Shown here: positions 9,571 through 18,009 of the stretch, piece after piece
Position numbering within the stretch: the first letter of the stretch is position 1
How the letters are laid out: each line of letters begins with the position of its first letter
Assembly (NCBI GenBank): GCA_048938445.1
Contig: JBHLME010000002.1
Location: forward strand, 16,092 to 80,091
Direction: 5' to 3'
Length of the DNA stretch: 64,000 nucleotides
Source of the DNA: Promethearchaeota archaeon
GTDB taxonomy: Archaea; Asgardarchaeota; Lokiarchaeia; Sigyniarchaeales; SOKP01
The notes under the pieces: model-generated
The model's database searches: none
Told to the model about the DNA's origin: nothing
The model's input: the letters and a program-made list of their open reading frames with translations, nothing else
Program-made: the position numbers and the translations under genes

Positions 9571-9852
9571 TTGAAAAAGAAAACTCCAACAGATGAAGAA
9601 TTAAATAATTTAAATGTTGAAAGCTGGGGTGTTTGGACTAAAGAACAAAGTGTCTTTCCCTGGTCTTATGATGACGCTACTGAAACATGTTATATTTTAG
9701 AAGGAGAAGTTGAAGTTACCGATTCAGAAACGGGAGAAAAAATGAGTTTTCAGAAAGGAGATCTTGTACAATTTCCCAAAGGATTAAAATGTGAATGGAA
9801 TGTAAAAAAACCTGTTAGGAAGTACTATCATTTTGGAGATTTGGATATTTAA
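9571..9852 (+). CDS. Cupin_3 (DUF861/EutQ-like) protein
   Basis: WGVWTKE, FPWSY, ETCYILEGEV, GDLVQFPKG, W-V-PVRKYY. Confidence 0.85.
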   Translation: MKKKTPTDEELNNLNVESWGVWTKEQSVFPWSYDDATETCYILEGEVEVTDSETGEKMSFQKGDLVQFPKGLKCEWNVKKPVRKYYHFGDLDI

Positions 9853-9897
9853 TTAGAAAATTATTTTCCTTTTTTTTATAATAATTATGAAGTGTTG

Positions 9898-10434
9898 TTA
9901 CTCCGCTTTTTTTCTCTGATTAATCCTATTATGCTTTATTAGAGTTTCTCTAATCGATTTAATTTCTGCTCGTGTTTCTATATCAAAATCTTTTAAACCC
10001 TCAAGAATCTCTTTTTCATTTGAACCCATACTATAGAGTTCATTAAATTTTACTATTACCTCTTTATGATAGTAAATGTAATGTCTTTCTAGAAAAATAA
10101 TCAACCATTCTTTATTTGATTGGTACTGTGTTAAATCATACATTTTTTCTTGAATTTTTTTTAATGGCTCCTTTAATTTTCTGGCAACCATTCTATCGTC
10201 AATTTTATAATGACTTTTTAAAGTTTTATTTAATTTTTTTGTAAAAAAGAGTGAATTAATATATGAAACCAAAAATGAAAATGCCAATAATAAAATCGTA
10301 ATAACACATATCCAAATCGTTGCGACAGGATTAACATTTATGAAAAGTAGTGCTATTAACGCTATGGTTAAAAAGATTATTGTAATTATATGTTGTCTAA
10401 ATTTTTTAATGAGTATTATGTATTTTTTTGGCAT
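9898..10434 (-). CDS. Hypothetical protein with two N-terminal TM helices
   Basis: 178-aa ORF; two hydrophobic segments followed by a basic soluble domain. Confidence 0.6.
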   Translation of the reverse strand: MPKKYIILIKKFRQHIITIIFLTIALIALLFINVNPVATIWICVITILLLAFSFLVSYINSLFFTKKLNKTLKSHYKIDDRMVARKLKEPLKKIQEKMYDLTQYQSNKEWLIIFLERHYIYYHKEVIVKFNELYSMGSNEKEILEGLKDFDIETRAEIKSIRETLIKHNRINQRKKAE

Positions 10435-10520
10435 TTAATTAATCAAGTCCATTATATTTTTTTATGATTAAATGATATTAATTATTAAATAAATAAAAAT
10501 TATTAGATAAGTAAAGTTAA

Positions 10521-10716
10521 TGGTATGCGACCATCTAGCTGCACTATCTATTCTGAGTTCGGATGTTATCAGGTAGATCCTAGCTTACCATGACCGTAAA
10601 CGTATTTACAGTTTGTCATTTCCCACTGATCGCAACAGCAGTACTATTGACAACGTAAGCAAGTTTAACTTCCAGAGATATGGCGATATGCCACAGCATC
10701 ATGGTCATTAATACCA
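10521..10716 (-). other. Pre-5S processing stem with a bulge-helix-bulge-type motif
   Basis: Leader/trailer pairings UGGUAU/AUACCA, GACCAU/AUGGUC, GCUGU/GCAGC, UAUCU/AGAUA, then AAU bulge, 4-bp CUGG/UCAG helix and AAG bulge. Confidence 0.8.
10551..10669 (-). rRNA. rrf: 5S rRNA, circularly permuted gene (3' half 10669-10605, UACG linker 10604-10601, 5' half 10600-10551)
   Basis: Minus strand reads GUUAAACUUGCUUACGUUGUCAAUAGUACUGCUGUUGCGAUCAGUGGGAAAUGACAAACUGUAAA-UACG-UUUACGGUCAUGGUAAGCUAGGAUCUACCUGAUAACAUCCGAACUCAGAA. All five 5S helices pair, with loop C CCGAAC and loop E AGUA/GAA; length 119 nt. Confidence 0.9.
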
Positions 10717-10879
10717 ATTCAAATCCGTTCATAAGATCGGTAATTTGAAATTCGAATTCCTACTTATGTGGATAAATTATAATAACTCTAATTATTTTTA
10801 ATAATTAAATTTTATTATATTTATTCGTCTCGTGAAGTAAACCGTTAAATTTAAATAATATTCAAGTGAATCATTAAGA

Positions 10880-11434
10880 ATGATCTTTCAGATATTGCTA
10901 CGTAATGTACCAGACTTTCAATATATAATCAATGCTATAATTGCAATACTAGGAAGATCATTAGATATAATTAGCACGAGATATGTTTCAAAAGAATTAA
11001 AATTAGAAACAAATAAATTTGCAAGACGTCTTGGATGGCCAGGAGCAATTTTGATTCAGATACCTTTAATCATATTAGGATCACTTGATTTTTATTTAGC
11101 CTTGTTTTTATTCGTTTGGAGTTTCTATCTTTTTGCCAATAACTTAGAGGGAAGTTGGTATGTAAAACAAGTGGGAGAAGAGCAATATAAGAATGAATTG
11201 AAAGATCAATTAAATCAATCAAAAACACTAAAAATAATTTTAGGTGAAATTTCCTCTCTATTAACTTATACCATCTCAGGTATATTAATATTAATCTTTA
11301 TCTTTGTTTTTAATGATTTTATTGGTGTTGTTTTCATATGTAGTGCATTAATTTTTCAAGGAATAGTAGGAACGATTAGATCAATAAAATATCTCTTTGA
11401 ATTAAAAAAAGAAAAAACTTTAGAAGAAAATTAA
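10880..11434 (+). CDS. Hypothetical integral membrane protein
   Basis: 4-5 hydrophobic segments; LDIISTRY...LETN motif. Confidence 0.6.
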   Translation: MIFQILLRNVPDFQYIINAIIAILGRSLDIISTRYVSKELKLETNKFARRLGWPGAILIQIPLIILGSLDFYLALFLFVWSFYLFANNLEGSWYVKQVGEEQYKNELKDQLNQSKTLKIILGEISSLLTYTISGILILIFIFVFNDFIGVVFICSALIFQGIVGTIRSIKYLFELKKEKTLEEN

Positions 11435-11449
11435 TAAAAAAATAAAAGA

Positions 11450-13624
11450 TCATTCTTTTAATCTTTTCAAATTACTAGAATGTTGATTGATACCTCTAAT
11501 AACTATCACTATAGAAAGACCTGTTATAAATGATATAAGAATAGTACCGCCTATCAAGACAATGTAAGTCGAAGGAATAGGGATGAGGAATTCAAATGTC
11601 TGCGAATAAAATTGCGTGTTGTTGGCATAATCTCTAGTGATGATTGTAAATTCATAGAAGCCCGGCATCATTTTATTCAATAAGACTTGCAGCAAGGTGT
11701 TGTTTTCATACAATGTATTTCTTGATATATCATAGGTGTAGGTTCCACTTATTTTATCTTGAATTAAAACAATGGCACTTTCAATTCCCGAGCGGTTATC
11801 TGAGGCAAAAATATCGAAACAAATGTTGTCTAAAGTCGTGGGATTAATTTTATCACAAAACACGCTTGAAATAACGGGCTTGATATTGTCTTCTTTGGTC
11901 GTGAAGTTAAAATGGGAAGGAATTAAATTATGACCTGTAATCGTCACGTTATATTTTTCATTGGCGTTCGGATAGACGCGAAATTTTGCTATGCCATTTA
12001 TATCCGCGTATACAGTGTTATATTTCCCATCTTCCGTCGTTAGATGGATTCTCGCATGAGGAACTATATTGTTTCGTGTATCTCTGATGGTTATTGAGAC
12101 TAACTGACCTTCATAAATGTCCCCTGTAAATGGATTTGAAGCATTTACGGGTTTGTTCGTGTAGATGTCAACTTCGGGATCACCTAAAAGGCAATAGGTC
12201 AAGACATTCTTTCTTTGATATCCTAAACTCATCGATGATATTGTCTGGGCAAAGATATCGGAATTTACGTAATCTAGTTTGGAATCATACAGGGTTTTAC
12301 CTTGTTGGTAAATTTTATCTTCAAAAAATTTCTCCCAGAATAATTTCGCATTAGCTCTATTTAAAAATTCGAAATCAAAATCATCTACAATATACCATGT
12401 AACGCGTAATGCCCCAATATAACCAATAGCACCAGAGTTAGTCGCTTTGATTAATATTTCTCCTATGTTCTGATCAGTATCATCATAAGCTGAAGTTGTA
12501 CAAGCATCAGCATAGATCAATGAAGGCATATCAGCATTAGAACTAGATGATGCTTGAGTATCTGTGTATATACTAAAACCTACACCACGGCTACTATATA
12601 ATCCAGTATCACCATGACCCGCAAACATGATCGTTGAGTAACCACTGTTAAATTCATTGTTAAATTCAGAAGCATCACTAATTTCGTCTACAGTATCTGA
12701 TGGATCTACTGAAGTATTCACTGAAAAATAAGTTGATCTATATAAATGAGTAAAATTCATTTCAGGTTCGACATAATTTTTCCAGATATATTCTGTCAAA
12801 CGAGCCTCATCTTCACCATCGGGACTTGCTTCAATAACAGTATCTGAGATTACTCCTGCTAATAACATGTTATTCATCCAATCATCAATATATGGATCTG
12901 ACTCGTATTTTATGGTCTTATTGACCATCTGTTGTAATTCGATATAATTGCTAGCTGGCAAGCGTCCAACATACACTTCAGGGATCCAATTAATTTCATC
13001 TATTCCAAATGCATTATATATTGGTGATTCACCAAAATTATTGTCATTATCATCATCCCACGTGCCCGTCAAGTCGGCATAATAAAAATCCGTAGGTTTG
13101 TAAACCCTATCACCATGTTCTGGGTGAGGTCCGTTAGGAGCATCGTCAACATCTGGATTATAAACATATCTTATTGGAATGAGACTATTTTCTGCATCTC
13201 CCACTAATAAGACCCATCGAATCCCTTCTTTTTCATAGTATTCCTTTATCATGTTTCGAATTCGTTCTGGATCGTCTCTCCCAGGGTATGATGAGAAATT
13301 GCTCAATATGATGGTCTTAACTCCTTTTTGGTTCTTCCAGTCCCGTAATGGAATGGTTGCATTGATAAAATTCTCATCATCGGGAGTTATGATTATCATT
13401 TCAACATCATGGTCATACCAAGTTTCATTTAAATCAGTAAAATTAAATTCAGGTATTAATGACGGATTTAAATCAGAAATGTAACCTGATGTTTTTAATA
13501 TTTCAGAATTATTAAAGTTCTTAAAAGTTATTGCGTTAAGGTTTATGATTAAAATATAAGTTGGGAAAACAAGGAAAATAATAAATGAGAGATATATAAT
13601 TCTTTTTAAGAGAAGCGACTTCAT
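11450..13624 (-). CDS. Peptidase C25 (gingipain-like) cysteine protease, membrane anchored
   Basis: WKNQKG, WVLLVGD, TDFYYADL, EVYVGRLP, FAGHG (His), ADAC (Cys), LLGDP; N-terminal signal/TM and C-terminal TM. Confidence 0.9.
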   Translation of the reverse strand: MKSLLLKRIIYLSFIIFLVFPTYILIINLNAITFKNFNNSEILKTSGYISDLNPSLIPEFNFTDLNETWYDHDVEMIIITPDDENFINATIPLRDWKNQKGVKTIILSNFSSYPGRDDPERIRNMIKEYYEKEGIRWVLLVGDAENSLIPIRYVYNPDVDDAPNGPHPEHGDRVYKPTDFYYADLTGTWDDDNDNNFGESPIYNAFGIDEINWIPEVYVGRLPASNYIELQQMVNKTIKYESDPYIDDWMNNMLLAGVISDTVIEASPDGEDEARLTEYIWKNYVEPEMNFTHLYRSTYFSVNTSVDPSDTVDEISDASEFNNEFNSGYSTIMFAGHGDTGLYSSRGVGFSIYTDTQASSSSNADMPSLIYADACTTSAYDDTDQNIGEILIKATNSGAIGYIGALRVTWYIVDDFDFEFLNRANAKLFWEKFFEDKIYQQGKTLYDSKLDYVNSDIFAQTISSMSLGYQRKNVLTYCLLGDPEVDIYTNKPVNASNPFTGDIYEGQLVSITIRDTRNNIVPHARIHLTTEDGKYNTVYADINGIAKFRVYPNANEKYNVTITGHNLIPSHFNFTTKEDNIKPVISSVFCDKINPTTLDNICFDIFASDNRSGIESAIVLIQDKISGTYTYDISRNTLYENNTLLQVLLNKMMPGFYEFTIITRDYANNTQFYSQTFEFLIPIPSTYIVLIGGTILISFITGLSIVIVIRGINQHSSNLKRLKE

Positions 13625-13728
13625 GAGAATACCGTAATTTACTTTTAAAATGCTTATTTAATTATGTATTTTATATAAAATTATAAATAAGAATGTAATT
13701 ATTATATAAAAAAACATTTCAAATTTTA

Positions 13729-13965
13729 ATGCCATTACGATATAATACTTGCCCTCATTGTAATAAAAGAATTACTTTTAAAATTGAGAAAGAAGATATT
13801 GACCATTCACTATATCCCGCTCCTTTCTATTTATTTCATAAAGAGGATTCATGTAATAAAATTTCAACTTTTTATGTAGATAGTTTATTACGGGTGTCAT
13901 ATAAAGAGCTTGAGAAAAAAAAATCGAAAGTAGGAAGTAAAATCAAACTAATCGAAACTATTTAA
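13729..13965 (+). CDS. Small putative zinc-binding protein
   Basis: CPHC...H...C; YVDSLLRV. Confidence 0.6.
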   Translation: MPLRYNTCPHCNKRITFKIEKEDIDHSLYPAPFYLFHKEDSCNKISTFYVDSLLRVSYKELEKKKSKVGSKIKLIETI

Positions 13966-14087
13966 AGGATATAATAAATCTTATTATTATTAATTAATTT
14001 AATTAATCAAATTTTCTTAATTTTAAATTAGGAACTTAGTGTAAATCTAAGTACCATCAATGAAAAATTCACATTAATTTTTAGATC

Positions 14088-15683
14088 ATGAAACATAATT
14101 TAGAAGACGTTACTGGTATTGGAAAAGCAACAGCCGAGCGGTTAAAAAAAGCTGGTATTAATTCTGTTGAAAAGTTAGTATCAATAGAATTAGATCAATT
14201 ATTACAAGTAAAAGGTATTGGAGAGTCTACAGCGAAAAGTCTTAAGGAAAAAGCTGAAAATTATTTAAAAGGATTAAGTGAACCTGCTTCTGAAGGTGGT
14301 TCAATTAGCAAACCAAAGGTCGAAAAGCAGAAAGCTACCCTTATAAAAGAAGAAAAAGAAGTTGTTGAAAAAGACCAAGTAAAAAAGGGAGGTGCTGCAA
14401 TTATTAAAGGTTCAACTAAAAAAATAGTTCAGAAACAAGCAGAATGCAATATTGGATTAGTGGGACATGTAGATCATGGAAAAACAACCTTGGTGAAGGC
14501 ATTAACAGGAGATTGGACAGATAGACACTCTGAGGAGCAAGAACGTGGAATATCTATAAAATTAGGATATTCAAACGCAACGATATTATATTGTCCCGAA
14601 TGTGATAGCTACATGACAGCATATATGGTTGAAAAAGAAAGGAATAAGGGTCAACCCAAATATAATTGTCCCATGTGTAAAAAAAATTTGGAATTTAAGC
14701 GAAATATTTCATTTGTAGACGCTCCAGGTCATGAGATATTAATGGCTACCATGTTAAGTGGAGCTTCATTGATGGATGGAGCTTGTTTATTAATTGCCGC
14801 AGATGAAAAATGCCCACAACCTCAAACCAGAGAACATTTAGCAGCTTTAAATATAGCTGGAATTCAAAACATCATTATCATACAAAATAAAATTGACGCC
14901 GTTTCAAAAGAACAAGCATTAGAGAACTATAATCAAATTAAAAAATTTGTTAAAGGAACTGTGGCAGAAAATGCACCAGTTATCCCTATTTCAGCAGTTT
15001 TTAGTGCTAACTTGGATCTAATTGTAAGAGGTTTTGAAGAAATCATAGCGTCTCCTGAATTAAATGAAAATGATGATTTTGAATTTTTAATTGCACGATC
15101 TTTCGATATTAATCGTCCTGGAAAAAAAATTGATGAATTAAAAGGTGGAGTTATTGGAGGTTCAGTTTTAAAGGGGAAAGTTAAAATTGGAGACCAAATC
15201 GAAATTAAACCCGGACTTCACATCAAAAATGAGTATAAACCTATAAATTCAACTGTAGTAAGTATTAATCAAGGAAATATTCAATTAACAGAAGCAAAAC
15301 CTGGTGGACTTATCGGTCTGGGTACACTTCTTGATCCCACTTTAACAAAGGGAGATTCTTTGATTGGTCACTTAGTCGGAAAAGTTGGAACGCTTCCAAA
15401 TATAATTTCAGAAATTGAACTGGAAGTTAATTTACTTGATCGTGTCGTAGGTTCAGAAAATCAAATAAAAATTTATGATCTTAAACATAATGAAAAATTA
15501 CTATTAGTTGTTGGTACAGAAAAAACAGCAGGAACAGTAACCAAGATATTAAAGAATTCATATATCCTAAAATTAAATCCACCAATTTGTCCCGCAGAGA
15601 ATTTCATTTTTGCAATCTCTCGAATCATTAATCGTCGTTATCGTTTAATAGGTTATGGTATAAGAGTTAATCATGAAAGGTAG
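14088..15683 (+). CDS. eif2g: Translation initiation factor aIF-2 gamma with an N-terminal helix-hairpin-helix domain
   Basis: NIGLVGHVDHGKTT, RGISIKLGY, Zn knuckle, DAPGHE, PQPQTREH, NKID, RSFDINRPG, RLIGYG; N-terminal VTGIGKATAERL...VKGIGESTA. Confidence 0.95.
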   Translation: MKHNLEDVTGIGKATAERLKKAGINSVEKLVSIELDQLLQVKGIGESTAKSLKEKAENYLKGLSEPASEGGSISKPKVEKQKATLIKEEKEVVEKDQVKKGGAAIIKGSTKKIVQKQAECNIGLVGHVDHGKTTLVKALTGDWTDRHSEEQERGISIKLGYSNATILYCPECDSYMTAYMVEKERNKGQPKYNCPMCKKNLEFKRNISFVDAPGHEILMATMLSGASLMDGACLLIAADEKCPQPQTREHLAALNIAGIQNIIIIQNKIDAVSKEQALENYNQIKKFVKGTVAENAPVIPISAVFSANLDLIVRGFEEIIASPELNENDDFEFLIARSFDINRPGKKIDELKGGVIGGSVLKGKVKIGDQIEIKPGLHIKNEYKPINSTVVSINQGNIQLTEAKPGGLIGLGTLLDPTLTKGDSLIGHLVGKVGTLPNIISEIELEVNLLDRVVGSENQIKIYDLKHNEKLLLVVGTEKTAGTVTKILKNSYILKLNPPICPAENFIFAISRIINRRYRLIGYGIRVNHER

Positions 15684-15718
15684 ATTTGATGCAATTCATG
15701 ATTTAAATTTAAAAACAT

Positions 15719-16045
15719 CTAAGAAGAATAAGAAAGAAAGATTTCTCGAATTTTTCCTTTGACTAAATTTATACCCCGAGTTTCAAATATTTTTTGTAAT
15801 TCCTGAATGACCTTTTCATCAGAATTACTATTACTTGATTTCATTATTGAAAATTTTGTTTCATACAAGATCAAGAATTCTTCTATTTTTGAGAGGAAAT
15901 GCAAAATTATTTCAATTTCCATCTCGCTTGATAAATCTGTTTGATTTTTTACTTCTTTAAATTCATAAAAAATTTCATTCATTAATCTTTTTTTTTCTAA
16001 AAACTCAATGAAATTTTCCACATTATCAATAAAAATGACTATCAA
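15719..16045 (-). CDS. Hypothetical protein
   Basis: 108-aa ORF 6 bp downstream of the 16052-17785 gene. Confidence 0.6.
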   Translation of the reverse strand: MIVIFIDNVENFIEFLEKKRLMNEIFYEFKEVKNQTDLSSEMEIEIILHFLSKIEEFLILYETKFSIMKSSNSNSDEKVIQELQKIFETRGINLVKGKIREIFLSYSS

Positions 16046-16051
16046 ACGTAA

Positions 16052-17785
16052 TTATTGCCTTTTTTTTTTATTTTTATAAAATTTGTAGCCTAAAGCCAAT
16101 ACAGATAAATTTATCAATCCAAATATGAGAATCCATAGAGGAAAATGAACAATACTCGTTTTGATATAATTAACATCAGCATAAGAATTGATTGTATACT
16201 CTCCTTGATATATTCCGAACATGTAAATTTGAATGAGATATTCACCATTTGGAACGTTGTCTATAATAAATTCTGCGTTAATATCTGTGCTTTGAGTTGA
16301 TATTGGTTGAATTCTATTGTTTGAAATATAGGTACCAAAAGGCTTACCATAATAATTAACTACTACATCTAATCCAACCAATGGCATGCCAATATTATCT
16401 AGGATTCTCACGGTCAAGTTTTCAGTAGCACTGTATTTTATAATGAATGGACAAATTTCATTTTTAATGAGAAAAGGTAGCGTAATATTGATACCCCTAC
16501 TTTCCCGGTCATTATCAGTTAGAAATGTAGGTTCATCCTCCCAATCAGAAACATTGGCATCTGAATATAACAAGTTTCTTTTAAAAGGTGAATCGAATAA
16601 TATTGAAGTTGCTAAAACTTGCTCAGAAGTAATGGTTCTTTCGAAGATTTCAAGATCATAAATACAAATATGCTCAGGTCCAGAAGAGATTGTTGGAAGA
16701 TAAATTCTTTCCCTTATATTATTTCCACCAACAAGTCTATCAATAGCCCAGGTATTTTCAACAGGATTTATGAATTTAACTGTAAAAATGGCAGTAAAAT
16801 TTAATAAAACACGTGTATTGTTTCCTTGTATTAGATCTGTATGGATAGATTTATCCAGATTTAAGTGATCTGCTATATCATTAATTGTTTCTCCTATTTC
16901 GATGGTATGATTACTTAATAATTCTTTATCTGGAAGATTTAATGTCAAATTAGCTTTAATTTTATCATCACCTAATATAATTTGATCTATATTAGCTCCA
17001 AACTTATAACAGAGTAAATTTAGTTTATATTCAAATTTTCTTTCAAAAGATTGTTCCTGTTCAGTTATGGGAATATTACCTTCATAATGACGATCTAAAT
17101 TCCAATTATCAACTGAAATATTGTAGTCCCATATAATATTTATGTAAAAATTGGGAGGCGGACTTCCCATGAAATAATTTTCATAATTAAAATATAGGAA
17201 ATTATTTTCATCTATTGAATAGTTGACTTCATCAACTTTTATGGGAGACCCCGATGCTCCTGCCTCCTTTACATACAATTCAGATAAATGACAAGGTGCT
17301 AAGCGTGGACCATAAATAATATACCCTTCTGAATTGGGGACGCTCGAAACATACGTGATATTCAATGTCTCATTTAATTGAACAGTAATGATCTCTCTTT
17401 TAACAATATCAGGATTGATGTTATCATGAATCGCAGGTTCTAGAGTATTTATGAACTCCATTCCAGTTAATGTCATGTTAAGAGCAGAATTATTATAATC
17501 ATCGAAAAGTAAAGGATATTTGGGATTATAAAGATAAAAACCTAATTCTAAATCAGAAAATTCCATGTCATTTACCGTGATATTCCCAAGTCCATTGTCA
17601 TACGCATAAATAATGGGCTCGTAATCTTTTTTTTGAAATATTTGAGTTTTTGGGAGAATAATCCCACCATTTTCGGGATTTGTATCAAACAATAAAGAAT
17701 TATTAATATTGATGAAAAAAATAGGTAATGATAAATTAATAACTAAGATAATTACAAATATTTTTGCTGATTTTGACCCGGTCAT
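16052..17785 (-). CDS. Exported cell-surface protein with a C-terminal TM anchor
   Basis: Signal peptide, many N-x-S/T sequons, beta-rich, carboxypeptidase-regulatory-like segment (TDINAEFIIDNVPNGEY), TM plus KKKRQ tail. Confidence 0.7.
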   Translation of the reverse strand: MTGSKSAKIFVIILVINLSLPIFFININNSLLFDTNPENGGIILPKTQIFQKKDYEPIIYAYDNGLGNITVNDMEFSDLELGFYLYNPKYPLLFDDYNNSALNMTLTGMEFINTLEPAIHDNINPDIVKREIITVQLNETLNITYVSSVPNSEGYIIYGPRLAPCHLSELYVKEAGASGSPIKVDEVNYSIDENNFLYFNYENYFMGSPPPNFYINIIWDYNISVDNWNLDRHYEGNIPITEQEQSFERKFEYKLNLLCYKFGANIDQIILGDDKIKANLTLNLPDKELLSNHTIEIGETINDIADHLNLDKSIHTDLIQGNNTRVLLNFTAIFTVKFINPVENTWAIDRLVGGNNIRERIYLPTISSGPEHICIYDLEIFERTITSEQVLATSILFDSPFKRNLLYSDANVSDWEDEPTFLTDNDRESRGINITLPFLIKNEICPFIIKYSATENLTVRILDNIGMPLVGLDVVVNYYGKPFGTYISNNRIQPISTQSTDINAEFIIDNVPNGEYLIQIYMFGIYQGEYTINSYADVNYIKTSIVHFPLWILIFGLINLSVLALGYKFYKNKKKRQ

Positions 17786-18009
17786 TTTAGTTTGATAAGT
17801 TTAACTTTAAATGAATGTAGAGCTAATTTAATTAAATAATATTTTTTTAGTTTTATTTTTTATTAATTTATCATTTATCAAGTATTTTTATCTAATTCCT
17901 TTATTATATTTTCACTTATTAAGTAAGGAGAAATAAATTTTTAAGAAATTTATCATTCACTCTTTAATATAAAAACATTATATAGTACTTTTTTTATTAA
18001 TTGATATAA

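Noticed and set aside
10521-10600. Reading the 5' half alone as a truncated 5S pseudogene or stand-alone hairpin
   Set aside because: The missing 3' half lies immediately upstream on the same strand and pairs with it (helices I and II).
10551-10669. Remnant of two tandem 5S genes (tail of one, head of the next)
   Set aside because: The halves are exactly complementary with no overlap or gap, the spacer is only 4 nt, and the outer flanks are non-5S sequences that pair into a BHB-type stem. Read-level confirmation is still needed.
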